NCBI GenBank assembly: GCA_008638015.1
Contig: VTPD01000002.1
Location: 7,724 to 71,723 of the forward strand
Origin: Pelagibacteraceae bacterium
GTDB taxonomy: Bacteria; Pseudomonadota; Alphaproteobacteria; Pelagibacterales; Pelagibacteraceae
Length of the DNA stretch: 64,000 nucleotides
Direction of reading: 5' to 3'
Part shown: positions 38,945-49,282 of the stretch, one piece after another
How the letters are laid out: each line of letters begins with the position of its first letter
Position numbering within the stretch: the stretch's first letter is position 1
Position numbers and translations under genes: made by a program
Notes under the pieces: model-generated
The model's input: only the letters and a program-made list of their open reading frames with translations
Databases searched by the model: none
What the model was told of the DNA's origin: nothing

Positions 38945-41047
38945 ATGTTGAGTTCAAGTCTTGTTTTAAATCTAGTTATAGGTTGCGGAATAATTTCAGT
39001 TCTTTATGGATTTATTTCAAGTCAGCAAATATTAAATGCCAGTTCAGGAAATGCTAAAATGCAAGAAATTGCTTCAGCAATTCAAATTGGTGCAAAAGCT
39101 TACTTGGATAGACAATATAAAACAATTGCCATTGTTGGTTTTGTAGTTTTAGTTTTAATTTGGTTTTTATTTAGCCAATGGGTTGGTTTAGGATATTTAA
39201 TTGGTGCAACTTTATCCGGTATTGCTGGATATGTTGGAATGTTAATTTCTGTTCAAGCAAATGTTAGAACCGCAGAAGCATCTAGAAAAGGACTTGCTCA
39301 AGGATTAAGCATTGCATTCAAATCTGGTGCAGTTACTGGAATGCTTGTTGCTGGTTTGGCACTTTTAGCAATAGCAGTTTATTATTATTTTTTACTAAAA
39401 TTTAAAGTTGAAGAAAGAGAAATTGTTAATGCTTTAGTTGCGCTTGGTTTTGGTGCTTCTTTAATTTCAATTTTTGCAAGATTGGGTGGAGGAATTTTTA
39501 CTAAAGGCGCAGATGTTGGAGCTGACTTAGTCGGAAAAGTTGAAGCTGGAATTCCTGAAGACGATCCTAGAAATCCTGCAGTGATTGCTGATAACGTTGG
39601 AGACAATGTTGGTGATTGTGCTGGTATGGCGGCCGATCTTTTTGAAACTTATGCAGTTACGATTGTTGCTACTATGGTTCTTGCTTCTATATTTTTTCAT
39701 GGTGACTCTAATATGATGATTTATCCTTTAAGTATTGGTGGAGCATGTTTAATAACATCTATTATCGGCACCTATTTCGTAAAATTAGGAAAGAAAAAAA
39801 ATATTATGGGAGCTTTATATAAAGGATTCTTAGTTTCTGCAGTATTATCTCTAATCGTTTTATACCCAGTAACTGATTATGTAATTGGATTAAGTAAATC
39901 ATATTCTTTAAAAGGATTAAATTTTACTGGAATGAGCTTATATATTTGTGGTGTGATCGGTTTAATAATCACAGGATTATTAATTTGGATCACAGAATAT
40001 TATACTGGAACTGATTATAGACCAGTCCAGTCAGTTGCTAAATCATCAACTACGGGTCATGGAACAAATGTTATTCAGGGTCTTGCAGTTTCAATGGAAG
40101 CAACTGCCGTTCCAGCTTTAATTATTGTTGTTGGTATTGTATCGACAAATTTAATTGCTGGTTTATACGGAATTGCAATTGCTGTTACTACGATGTTAGC
40201 TCTAACAGGAATGGTTGTAGCATTGGATGCTTATGGCCCTGTTACTGACAATGCTGGAGGAATTGCAGAAATGTCAAAACTTCCGAAAAGTGTTAGAAAA
40301 ACTACAGACGCACTTGATGCGGTTGGAAATACCACTAAAGCTGTAACAAAAGGTTACGCAATTGGTTCTGCAGGTTTGGGAGCGCTGGTATTGTTTGCGG
40401 CATACACTGAAGATATTAAACATTTTTCTGCTCAAGCAGGTTCTTCATTACAGGGTATTGTTGTAACTTTTGACTTATCTAATCCATATGTAGTTGTAGG
40501 ATTGTTGATTGGTGGACTATTACCGTATCTATTTGCTTCAATGGGAATGCAAGCCGTTGGTAGAGCAGGTGGTGCAGTAGTTATTGAGGTAAGAAGACAA
40601 TTTAAAAAAATGCCAGGGATTATGAAAAATACTCAAAAACCTGATTATAGACAGTGTGTTGATATTTTAACAAAAGCAGCGATTAAGGAAATGATTATTC
40701 CTTCGATGCTTCCAGTTTTATCACCAATAGTACTTTATTATGTCATTTACTCTTTTGCCGGCCAAGTTGCTGCATTAGCAGCCCTAGGTGCAATGTTACT
40801 AGGTGTTATTGTTACCGGTTTATTTTTAGCTATTTCAATGACTGCTGGTGGTGGTGCATGGGATAATGCAAAAAAATATATTGAGGATGGAAATTTTGGT
40901 GGAAAAGGATCTGAAGCTCACAAAGCAGCTGTAACAGGAGATACAGTGGGAGATCCTTACAAAGACACAGCAGGACCTGCGGTTAATCCAATGATAAAAA
41001 TTACAAATATCGTTGCTTTACTTCTTCTTGCTTTGATTGCATCATAA
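38945..41047 (+). CDS. hppA: Membrane H+-translocating pyrophosphatase, K+-independent type
   Basis: [34 protein letters not shown] (Lys form), [11 protein letters not shown]. Confidence 0.96.
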   Translation: MLSSSLVLNLVIGCGIISVLYGFISSQQILNASSGNAKMQEIASAIQIGAKAYLDRQYKTIAIVGFVVLVLIWFLFSQWVGLGYLIGATLSGIAGYVGMLISVQANVRTAEASRKGLAQGLSIAFKSGAVTGMLVAGLALLAIAVYYYFLLKFKVEEREIVNALVALGFGASLISIFARLGGGIFTKGADVGADLVGKVEAGIPEDDPRNPAVIADNVGDNVGDCAGMAADLFETYAVTIVATMVLASIFFHGDSNMMIYPLSIGGACLITSIIGTYFVKLGKKKNIMGALYKGFLVSAVLSLIVLYPVTDYVIGLSKSYSLKGLNFTGMSLYICGVIGLIITGLLIWITEYYTGTDYRPVQSVAKSSTTGHGTNVIQGLAVSMEATAVPALIIVVGIVSTNLIAGLYGIAIAVTTMLALTGMVVALDAYGPVTDNAGGIAEMSKLPKSVRKTTDALDAVGNTTKAVTKGYAIGSAGLGALVLFAAYTEDIKHFSAQAGSSLQGIVVTFDLSNPYVVVGLLIGGLLPYLFASMGMQAVGRAGGAVVIEVRRQFKKMPGIMKNTQKPDYRQCVDILTKAAIKEMIIPSMLPVLSPIVLYYVIYSFAGQVAALAALGAMLLGVIVTGLFLAISMTAGGGAWDNAKKYIEDGNFGGKGSEAHKAAVTGDTVGDPYKDTAGPAVNPMIKITNIVALLLLALIAS

Positions 41048-41056
41048 AAATAATAT

Positions 41057-41515
41057 TTATTTATTTTTATTAGCAAGATTTTCCATTCTTTTTCTTGTAC
41101 TTGAAAGAATGTTCTTGAGTAGACTGTTGTCTATGCCTCTTGAAATTGTTTCATTGTCTTCGAATTGAATATTTTGCATTTGATCTTTATTTAAAAATAT
41201 TTTTTTAGCTAGTATTCCTTTATTATCAAATTGAAGGATTAAGGTATTATTAGCTACAATTTTTTTTGTACCATAAATATTTCTTGTATCTCTTACTTCA
41301 AAATATATCCAAATATCTGAATTATTAAATTCTTTTAAAGGAGGTGGTCCTAAATTTTTTATTACATCATTTTTATTTATTAAACCTTCATTTAAGGATT
41401 TTGCTTTATTATCTAAATTTATAATCCCATGAACATTGTCTACTTTTTTGATTGAGCAAAAAGTAACCAAGGTGAAAATTAATAGAGTTAAAACTTTTTT
41501 GATAAAAAAATTCAT
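41057..41515 (-). CDS. bamE: Outer membrane assembly lipoprotein BamE (SmpA/OmlA)
   Basis: Lipoprotein-like N-terminus, KNDVIKNLGPP, WIYF, LILQFD; position before rpmF/plsX. Confidence 0.75.
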   Translation of the reverse strand: MNFFIKKVLTLLIFTLVTFCSIKKVDNVHGIINLDNKAKSLNEGLINKNDVIKNLGPPPLKEFNNSDIWIYFEVRDTRNIYGTKKIVANNTLILQFDNKGILAKKIFLNKDQMQNIQFEDNETISRGIDNSLLKNILSSTRKRMENLANKNK

Positions 41516-41648
41516 TTAAAATTTGATATACATTAATTACTTTTAAATAATAACGAAATTTGTTGCTAAATCATACTTTTTAACAAATAAATTCATTGAT
41601 TTTGAACCAGATATTGATATTTAGTTTTCAACAAAAAGGATATTAATA

Positions 41649-41828
41649 ATGGCTGTACCTAAGCGCAAAACATCAAAGTCTAAAAAAGGAATGAGAAGAT
41701 CTCATAGATCTGCAGTATTTAAAAATATTGTTGAAGATAAAAAAAGTGGTGAGTTTAGATTGTCTCATCATGTAGATATGAAAACTGGTTTTTATAACGG
41801 AAAACAAATTTTTAAACCAAAATCTTAA
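41649..41828 (+). CDS. rpmF: 50S ribosomal protein L32
   Basis: Missed by ORF track (59 aa); manual translation [19 protein letters not shown]...[18 protein letters not shown]. Confidence 0.97.
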   Translation: MAVPKRKTSKSKKGMRRSHRSAVFKNIVEDKKSGEFRLSHHVDMKTGFYNGKQIFKPKS

Positions 41829-41834
41829 TTTTTA

Positions 41835-42854
41835 ATGAAACAATTCGAGCATACTATTGCACTTGATGCAATGGGAGGCGAAAACGCACCAGATAAAGTA
41901 ATTGAAGGCTTAAAATTATTTTTAGATCAAGACAGGAATATTTTCTTTCTTCTCCATGGCAAAGAGGAAGCTATTCAAAAATCTATATCAAAATTTCATA
42001 TTCCAAAAGAAAATTATAAAATAATACATTGCGCAGAAGAAATTAAAGACAAAGATTCTGTACGAGATGCAATCCGCACTGGAAAAGAAACAAGCATGTG
42101 GAAAGCAATTGATAGTGTTAAAAATTTAGAGTCTGATCTGATTATCTCATCAGGCAATACAGGAGCTCTATTGGTTATATCTAAACTTATTATTAAAATG
42201 ATGGACGGTATCGATAAACCTGCGATTGCTGGACTTTGGCCAAACCTAAAAAAAACAAGTGTTGTTCTTGATTTGGGTGCAAATATTGAGTTCAATGAAA
42301 AAAATTATTTAGATTTTTCTAAAATTGCAGCTGAGCTTTATAGAGTGATTTTTGATGAAGCAAATCCATCTGTTGGATTGTTAAATGTAGGCTCAGAAGA
42401 AATTAAAGGACATGAAACATTAAAAAATGCTTTTGCCCAATTATCAGAAGCCAAAAATAATTTTATATTTAAGGGTTATGTAGAAGGCAATCAAATTAAA
42501 GATGGCAATGTAGATGTAATAGTGACAGATGGTTTTTCAGGTAATATTGCATTAAAAACTGCTGAGGGCACAGCAAATTATATAACCACAGAAATAAAAA
42601 ATATTTTTTCAAATTCTTTTTTTGGTAAAATTTGTTATCTATTTAGTTTTCCAATTTTTAAAAAAATTAAAAATACACTTGATCCGAGAAAATATAACGG
42701 CGGTATATTTTTGGGCTTGAACGCTCCAGTAATTAAGAGCCATGGCGGAGCCGATGCCTTAGCTTTTTACTATTCAATAAAATTGTCAGCTAAAATTTTA
42801 CGTGGTAAATTAATATCTAGAATTCAAGAAAATTTTAGAGATCAAAATGGATAA
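41835..42854 (+). CDS. plsX: Phosphate acyltransferase
   Basis: IALDAMGGE, SSGNTGAL, LDLGAN, LLNVGSEEIKG, VTDGFSGNIALK, IKSHG. Confidence 0.97.
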   Translation: MKQFEHTIALDAMGGENAPDKVIEGLKLFLDQDRNIFFLLHGKEEAIQKSISKFHIPKENYKIIHCAEEIKDKDSVRDAIRTGKETSMWKAIDSVKNLESDLIISSGNTGALLVISKLIIKMMDGIDKPAIAGLWPNLKKTSVVLDLGANIEFNEKNYLDFSKIAAELYRVIFDEANPSVGLLNVGSEEIKGHETLKNAFAQLSEAKNNFIFKGYVEGNQIKDGNVDVIVTDGFSGNIALKTAEGTANYITTEIKNIFSNSFFGKICYLFSFPIFKKIKNTLDPRKYNGGIFLGLNAPVIKSHGGADALAFYYSIKLSAKILRGKLISRIQENFRDQNG

Positions 42855-43146
42855 ACTGGCAAATATTACAAGACAAGATCTTTATGATTTAACTCATGCT
42901 GAACTTGGAATACCAAAATCAGAATGTTCAAATTTCGTTGATGATTTATTTGCTATTATTATTCAAAATTTAAAAAAAAAAATTAAGGTAAAATTGTCTT
43001 TATTTGGCGCCTTTAATATAAGAAAAAAAAATTCTCGAATTGGAAGAAATCCTAAAACAAAAGAGACTAAAATAATTAATTCCAGATATGTAGTTACCTT
43101 CAAATCGTCCAAATTATTATTAAAGAAAATTAATAAAGTATCCTAA
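42847..43146 (+). CDS. ihfA: Integration host factor subunit alpha
   Basis: VKLSLFGAF, RIGRNPKT, VVTFKSS; plsX-ihfA-merR synteny. Confidence 0.9.
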   Translation: MDKLANITRQDLYDLTHAELGIPKSECSNFVDDLFAIIIQNLKKKIKVKLSLFGAFNIRKKNSRIGRNPKTKETKIINSRYVVTFKSSKLLLKKINKVS

Positions 43147-43505
43147 TGGCAGAGAAGGAGATTTCTGCTTTAAAAACTATTAGTGAGGTTGCAAAAGAAG
43201 TTGGTTTAGTTGATGAACTAACTGGAAAGGCAAAAACTCATGTTATACGATTTTGGGAAAAAAAATTTAAATTACTTAAGCCCTCATTAATACTAAATAG
43301 ACATCGTTATTACTCAAATAAAGAAATACAAATTCTTAAGAAAATAAAGGATTTGTTAAAAAATAAGGGTTTAACTATTAAAGGTGCCAATAAAGTTTTA
43401 GAGACTGAGTATAATGTTGACTATAATAAAAGTAACAATATAAACGCTCATACTAAAGTTAAAAATATTAAAAAAATAATTAAAGAAATTAAAAAAATTA
43501 TATAA
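43146..43505 (+). CDS. MerR-family HTH protein
   Basis: TISEVAKEV, HVIRFWEKKF, RYYS, GLTIKGA; conserved ihfA neighbour. Confidence 0.88.
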   Translation: MAEKEISALKTISEVAKEVGLVDELTGKAKTHVIRFWEKKFKLLKPSLILNRHRYYSNKEIQILKKIKDLLKNKGLTIKGANKVLETEYNVDYNKSNNINAHTKVKNIKKIIKEIKKII

Positions 43506-43696
43506 TGGCAAAAAAATCACATATTAAAGTTCGTTTAGTTCCTGAGGAGAAGCCAGACAGTCCATTCAATTATTACGTTAAAAAGCCGACAGCAGGAGAC
43601 AAGGCTAAAGATAAATTAAAAATGAAAAAATACAATCCAGCAACTAGAAAACATGAATGGTTTGTAGAAAAAAAATTACCACCACATAGCAAATAA
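43505..43696 (+). CDS. rpmG: 50S ribosomal protein L33
   Basis: MAKKSHIKVRLV...KLKMKKYNPATRKHEWFVEKK. Confidence 0.92.
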   Translation: MAKKSHIKVRLVPEEKPDSPFNYYVKKPTAGDKAKDKLKMKKYNPATRKHEWFVEKKLPPHSK

Positions 43697-43996
43697 TTAA
43701 AATTTGCTTTTTTCAAATCTTATAAAAGATTTAATAATTGCTTTCCAGACGTTATCAATAAGATAGGGCTCTAATTTCTTTTTTCTTCCTGTGCTCTTTA
43801 GTTTTTTTATCAAAGAATAAATTCTTTTTTTATCAATAATTTGATTTTTATTCTTATATTTAATTATATTTGATACTTCCTTTTTTCTTAAGAAAAGCAA
43901 ATGTAGAATTTGATTATCTATTTTATCAATATTTTTTCTAATTTTTAAAATAGAGCTTTTATTTTTTGCAGGTGACAATTTAGCTTTTTTTAACAT
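43697..43996 (-). CDS. Stand-alone chorismate mutase (AroQ type)
   Basis: IRKNIDKIDNQILHLLFLRK, K...I.DKKR helical pattern. Confidence 0.8.
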   Translation of the reverse strand: MLKKAKLSPAKNKSSILKIRKNIDKIDNQILHLLFLRKKEVSNIIKYKNKNQIIDKKRIYSLIKKLKSTGRKKKLEPYLIDNVWKAIIKSFIRFEKSKF

Positions 43997-44020
43997 TTAT
44001 ATAAAAATGTATAAGACAAC

Positions 44021-45031
44021 ATGGATTTTATTCAACAAAAAAAACTTTTCAAAACTTGGAATTTATTATTATTTTTTTTATTATTTGTCCTTGTCTTAGT
44101 GGGAGGTTTTACTAGATTAACTGGATCTGGTTTATCTATTACAGAATGGGAATTATTTACCGGAATTTTTCCTCCATTTTCCCATGAGCATTGGTTAGAA
44201 TATTTTTCTCTTTATAAGCAAATACCACAATATAAATTAATTAATTACAATATGACTCTGGAGGAATTTAAATTTATTTTTTGGTGGGAATATTTACATA
44301 GATTATTTGCAAGGTTTTTGGGGTTATTTTATTTAATACCTTGTGTGTATTTTATTTTTAATAAAACAATTAATGGAAAAAATATTATTTATTATTTAGC
44401 AATTTTTTTATTGATATCTTTTCAAGGTTTTATGGGTTGGTACATGGTGTCTAGTGGCTTAGTAAACAATCCTGACGTAAGTCACTTTAGGCTATCTATA
44501 CATTTATTTATAGCAGTCATTATATTATCATTAATTTATTGGTCTTATCTTAATAGTGATAATTTAGAATTAAAATTATATTTTGGTAGATCAAGCATTT
44601 TTTTTTATTTTTTTTTATTTTTAATTTACTGTCAAATTGTTCTTGGTGCTTTTACTTCGGGGCTTGATGCAGGATTAATCTATCAAACTTGGCCACTAAT
44701 GAATGCAAATTTTATTGCAGAAGAAATTTCAATAAAAAGTTTTTTTTCATTAGAATTATTTAATGATAGGGCCCACGTGCAATTTATTCATAGATTGAAT
44801 GCTTATTTTATAGTGGCGCTTTATCTATTATTTTACTTCTATAATTTAAAAAAATTTAAAGATTATATTTTCAATATGAATCTCATTTTAGCAGTTTTAC
44901 TTATACAAATAATTTTAGGTATTTTAACTTTACTGTCAGGTTTAAATATCTACTTAGCTGCCACGCATCAGATAGCCTCCTTAATCCTTGTTTCATCAGT
45001 AATATTGCTTATTTATAAGCTTAAATCTTAA
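44021..45031 (+). CDS. ctaA: Heme A synthase (COX15/CtaA)
   Basis: GGFTRLTGSGLSITEW, FWWEYLHR, GWYMVSSG, AFTSGLDAG, QFIHR, HQ. Confidence 0.95.
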   Translation: MDFIQQKKLFKTWNLLLFFLLFVLVLVGGFTRLTGSGLSITEWELFTGIFPPFSHEHWLEYFSLYKQIPQYKLINYNMTLEEFKFIFWWEYLHRLFARFLGLFYLIPCVYFIFNKTINGKNIIYYLAIFLLISFQGFMGWYMVSSGLVNNPDVSHFRLSIHLFIAVIILSLIYWSYLNSDNLELKLYFGRSSIFFYFFLFLIYCQIVLGAFTSGLDAGLIYQTWPLMNANFIAEEISIKSFFSLELFNDRAHVQFIHRLNAYFIVALYLLFYFYNLKKFKDYIFNMNLILAVLLIQIILGILTLLSGLNIYLAATHQIASLILVSSVILLIYKLKS

Positions 45032-45040
45032 TTTCTGTTG

Positions 45041-45069
45041 TTGACAATTCAATAACCAGCAAGTATTTA
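45041..45069 (+). promoter_or_regulatory. Candidate sigma70 promoter for rplM-rpsI
   Basis: Consensus TTGACA at 45041-45046, 17-bp spacer, weak -10 TATTTA. Confidence 0.4.
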
Positions 45070-45080
45070 CCTGGACTTTC

Positions 45081-45539
45081 ATGACTGACTTTATTAAAAA
45101 AAACGAATTATCCAATAACTGGTTTCATATTGATGCTACTAATGCAGTTGTAGGTAGACTAGCTGCAGAAATTTCAAAAATTTTAAGAGGAAAGAACAAG
45201 ACAACTTATACTCCTCATATGTGCAATGGAGACTTTGTAGTCGTTACTAACGTATCTAAAATTAAGTTTACTGGGAATAAATTAAATGACAAAAGATACT
45301 ACAGACATACTGGTCATCCAGGAGGAATTAAAGAAACATCACCAAAATTACTTTTGGAAAAAAAACCCGAAGAGATTTTAAAATTAGCTGTAAAAAGAAT
45401 GTTGCCTGGCGGCCCTTTAGCAAAAAAACAACTTACAATGTTAAAAATTTATTCTGATGCAAATCATCCACATACAGCTCAAAAACTAAAAGAGTTAAAT
45501 TTTGCTTCACTAAATAGAAAAAATACTAAAATAAATTAA
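45081..45539 (+). CDS. rplM: 50S ribosomal protein L13
   Basis: [37 protein letters not shown]. Confidence 0.98.
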   Translation: MTDFIKKNELSNNWFHIDATNAVVGRLAAEISKILRGKNKTTYTPHMCNGDFVVVTNVSKIKFTGNKLNDKRYYRHTGHPGGIKETSPKLLLEKKPEEILKLAVKRMLPGGPLAKKQLTMLKIYSDANHPHTAQKLKELNFASLNRKNTKIN

Positions 45540-45949
45540 TGGAATTAAATCTTAAAGTTACAAAAGAATCTCATTACGCAACTGGAAAAAGAAAAGAATC
45601 TGTTGCAAGAGTTTGGGTACTGAATGGTTCAGGAAAAATTTCAGTTAATGGTAAAATATATACTGAATATTTTAAAAGGCCTGTTCATCAACTGGCTGTT
45701 GAAAAACCATTAAAAATTACAGATAAACAAAACTTAGTTGATATCATTTGCACGGTAAAAGGTGGTGGAATGTCTGGGCAAGCTGGTGCTGTCACGCATG
45801 GAATTGCAAAGGCACTTGTAGAGTCTGATCCAGCAATGAGAAAAGTTGTTAAAAAAGACAAATTAGTTACAAGAGATTCTAGAACCGTTGAGCGTAAAAA
45901 ATACGGTCAAAGAAAAGCTCGAAGAAGATTTCAATTTTCTAAAAGATAA
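45539..45949 (+). CDS. rpsI: 30S ribosomal protein S9
   Basis: [34 protein letters not shown]...FQFSKR. Confidence 0.98.
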   Translation: MELNLKVTKESHYATGKRKESVARVWVLNGSGKISVNGKIYTEYFKRPVHQLAVEKPLKITDKQNLVDIICTVKGGGMSGQAGAVTHGIAKALVESDPAMRKVVKKDKLVTRDSRTVERKKYGQRKARRRFQFSKR

Positions 45950-46014
45950 GCAATACCATCTTTTTTACATTTTTGTATTTCATTTAAATTTATATAAAGT
46001 AGAAAATATTCCCA

Positions 46015-47046
46015 ATGAAGAAAATTAAAAATATTGCAATTGCTGGTGCAACAGGTTTTTCAGGTATTGAATTAATAAAAATTTTACTCAAGCATCCTTA
46101 CGTAAGAATTAAATATTTATTTGCTCAATCCAACACAGGAAAACCAATGTCTTTTTTTGATAAAGATTTTAAAAATATAAAATTGCCTTTAGTTTCCAAG
46201 TTTAATTCCGAAGCTATTCAAGAAGTAGATACAATCTTTACTGCCTTGCCTCATGGAGAGTCTCATTTTATTTCAAATGTAATGAATTCTAAAACTACTT
46301 TAATTGATTTATCGGCTGATTTTAGATTGGATGATAAAAATATTTTTCAAACTTGGTATAAGACAGAACATAAATCTGTCAAAAATCAAAAAAAAGCAGT
46401 TTATGGATTAAGTGAAATAAATAGAAAAAATATTTCAAAAACAAATATTATTGCATGCCCAGGGTGCTACCCAACATCTATTCTTTTACCTTTAATTCCC
46501 TTGATTAAAAGAAATATGATCAACGCAAATACAATAAAAGCTGATTCAAAATCAGGTTATTCTGGGGCTGGTAAAAAAATTTATGACAAAAAATTATATC
46601 CCAATAATATATATGAAAATATAGGTATTTATGGAGTGGCTAAACACAGACATATGCCTGAGATAGATCAAGAATTATCAAAATTTTCAAAAAAAAAAAT
46701 TCAAATATCATTCACTCCACATATTATTCCAACTTTTAGAGGAATGATTTCAACAATTTATGTTGATCTTAATAAAAATTTTAATGATAAAAAAATTTAT
46801 AAATACTTATTAAATTATTATAAAAAAGATAAATTTGTTAAAATTTTTAACAATAATGTAATGATTAATACTGATGCAGTTATCAATACAAATAGTTGTC
46901 ATATAGGAATTTATAATAATAGATTTAAAGGGCAATTGATTATTGCAAGTGCTATTGATAACCTTGTAAAAGGAGCGGCCGGACAAGCAGTACAAAATTT
47001 TAATATTAAATATAAATTTAAAGAAGACTTGGCATTAAAAGCGTAA
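46015..47046 (+). CDS. argC: N-acetyl-gamma-glutamyl-phosphate reductase
   Basis: GATGFSG, IDLSADFRL, ACPGCYPT, SGYSGAG, HRHMPEI, IDNLVKGAAGQAVQN. Confidence 0.97.
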   Translation: MKKIKNIAIAGATGFSGIELIKILLKHPYVRIKYLFAQSNTGKPMSFFDKDFKNIKLPLVSKFNSEAIQEVDTIFTALPHGESHFISNVMNSKTTLIDLSADFRLDDKNIFQTWYKTEHKSVKNQKKAVYGLSEINRKNISKTNIIACPGCYPTSILLPLIPLIKRNMINANTIKADSKSGYSGAGKKIYDKKLYPNNIYENIGIYGVAKHRHMPEIDQELSKFSKKKIQISFTPHIIPTFRGMISTIYVDLNKNFNDKKIYKYLLNYYKKDKFVKIFNNNVMINTDAVINTNSCHIGIYNNRFKGQLIIASAIDNLVKGAAGQAVQNFNIKYKFKEDLALKA

Positions 47047-48341
47047 TGAAAACTTTTAACATAGCAATTGTTGGTTTAGGAAATATAGGTTTAGAAGTTT
47101 ATAAAAATTTATTACATAATAAGAATAATATCTTTAATAAAACAGGTTTTCGATTAAATATTTATAAAGTTTCATCAAAGAATTTTTCAAAAAAAAGAGG
47201 AAATATTAAGATACCAAAATCTTTATGGGAAAAAAATGCTCTTAACTTATGTGCTGATAAAAATGTAGATATAATTGTAGAATTAGTTGGCGGTGCAGAT
47301 GGTATTGCTAAAAAGGTAGTTTTTTCCGCTTTAAAAAATAAAAAACATGTCGTGACAGCTAATAAAGCACTCATTGCTAAACATGGAGATCAATTATCAA
47401 TTTTAGCTGAAAAAAATTCTGTTAATCTACTTTTTGAAGCCTCCGTTGGTGGGGGAATACCAATTATTCAATCTATCAAACAAGGCTTGATTGCAAATCA
47501 AATTAAGCAAATCTATGGGATTTTAAACGGTACAACTAATTTCATACTAACAGAGATGGAAAAAACAAATTCATCTTTTAACGAAATTCTTAAGATAGCT
47601 CAACAAAAAGGATTTGCTGAGTCAAATCCATCAGCAGATATTGATGGACATGATGTTGCTGCAAAAATTTCTATTTTGAGTTCAATTTGTTTTGGTAGCA
47701 AGATAATTAATAAAAATTTTTTAGTAGAGGGTATAAGAAATATTGAAATTGAAGATATTTTATTTGCAAAAAAACTTAATTTTAAAATTAAACTTCTGGC
47801 GATAGCTGAAAAAATTAATAATAAAATAAAACAAAGAGTGCATCCATGTCTAATTCCTACCTATATAGATATTGCCAATATTAATGGTGTCACAAATGCA
47901 ATAGTGGTGGACGGATCTCCAATAGGAAGAACTGTTTATGAAGGCCCTGGAGCAGGTAAGGGGCCAACATCTTCATCTATAATTTCAGATATAGCTTCAA
48001 TTATGGTAGGTAATGATGATTATTCCTTTGGATTTTCGCCTAAATCTAAAAAAAATTATAGTCTTTTTGATTTTAGCAACCATGAAAGTAAGTATTATTT
48101 AAGATTCTTAGTCTCCGACAGGCCAGGAGTTTTATCAACTATTACCTCATGCCTAGCTAAAAATAAAATTTCTGTTGAAAGTTTGGTTCAAAATCCTAAC
48201 AACAGTTATTCAAATATTGTTATAGTTACTCACGCAAGCAAAGAGTCTTCTATTAAAAATGCAATTTCTATTTTAGCAAAAAATAAGAAAATTTTTAAAA
48301 AAATTGTAATGATACGCGTTAGAAACGAAAGTAATTTATAG
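47046..48341 (+). CDS. hom: Homoserine dehydrogenase with ACT domain
   Basis: GLGNIG, VVTANKA, FEASVGGGIPI, GILNGTTN, GPGAG. Confidence 0.97.
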   Translation: MKTFNIAIVGLGNIGLEVYKNLLHNKNNIFNKTGFRLNIYKVSSKNFSKKRGNIKIPKSLWEKNALNLCADKNVDIIVELVGGADGIAKKVVFSALKNKKHVVTANKALIAKHGDQLSILAEKNSVNLLFEASVGGGIPIIQSIKQGLIANQIKQIYGILNGTTNFILTEMEKTNSSFNEILKIAQQKGFAESNPSADIDGHDVAAKISILSSICFGSKIINKNFLVEGIRNIEIEDILFAKKLNFKIKLLAIAEKINNKIKQRVHPCLIPTYIDIANINGVTNAIVVDGSPIGRTVYEGPGAGKGPTSSSIISDIASIMVGNDDYSFGFSPKSKKNYSLFDFSNHESKYYLRFLVSDRPGVLSTITSCLAKNKISVESLVQNPNNSYSNIVIVTHASKESSIKNAISILAKNKKIFKKIVMIRVRNESNL

Positions 48342-49282
48342 TGCTAGATACAAAACTATTAAATGATTTTTCTCTTGTAGCCGCAAGAGCTGCTTATGCT
48401 TCTTCACTACTTAAAGGCAAAGGTGATAAGATTGCTGCTGATCAAGCTGCAGTAGACTCAATGAGAAATGATTTGAATAAAATATCCATGAATGGAAAAA
48501 TTGTTATTGGTGAAGGAGAGATGGATGAGGCACCAATGTTATATATTGGTGAAAAATTAGGAACTGGTGATGGTGAGGAATTAGATATTGCTGTCGATCC
48601 TTTAGATGGAACAACTTTAACAGCTAAAAATTTACCAAATGCAATATCAGTAATTGCTGTATCCGAAAAAGGTAATTTATTGCAAGCACCAGATACCTAT
48701 ATGGAAAAAATTGCCATAGGCCCAGGTTATCCAGAAAATATAATTGATTTAGATTTTACAGTTGAAAAAAATATTAAAAATATTGCAGAATTTAAATCGG
48801 TAAAAACATCTGATTTGACAGTCTGTTTATTAGAGAGAGATAGACATAAGAAAATTGTACAATCTTTAAAGAAACTATCCACTAATATAAAATTCATTTC
48901 AGATGGAGATGTGGTTGGGGCTATATATAGCTGCTTAGATGAATTTAACGTAGATATGTATATCGGTATAGGTGGAGCTCCTGAAGGAGTTTTGGCTGCA
49001 GCAGCAATCAAATGCTTTGATGGACAATTTCAAGGAAGACTTGTCATTTCAAACCATGATGAAAAACTTAGAGCAACAAAATTAGGTATTTCTGATTTTT
49101 CAAAAAAATATTATCTAAATGATATGGTAAAAGGAGATGTCATTTTTTGTGCCGCAGGAGTTACAGATGGAGAATTATTGAAAGGTATAGAGATAAGTAA
49201 GAATTTTTTTACTTCAGAAATATTATCACTACATTCAAAGGAAAAAATCATAAAGAAATATCAAGAAAAAATTGAAATATGA
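48341..49282 (+). CDS. glpX: Fructose-1,6-bisphosphatase class II
   Basis: ADQAAV, IGEGEMDEAPML, DIAVDPLDGT, DGDV, GGAPEGV. Confidence 0.96.
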   Translation: MLDTKLLNDFSLVAARAAYASSLLKGKGDKIAADQAAVDSMRNDLNKISMNGKIVIGEGEMDEAPMLYIGEKLGTGDGEELDIAVDPLDGTTLTAKNLPNAISVIAVSEKGNLLQAPDTYMEKIAIGPGYPENIIDLDFTVEKNIKNIAEFKSVKTSDLTVCLLERDRHKKIVQSLKKLSTNIKFISDGDVVGAIYSCLDEFNVDMYIGIGGAPEGVLAAAAIKCFDGQFQGRLVISNHDEKLRATKLGISDFSKKYYLNDMVKGDVIFCAAGVTDGELLKGIEISKNFFTSEILSLHSKEKIIKKYQEKIEI

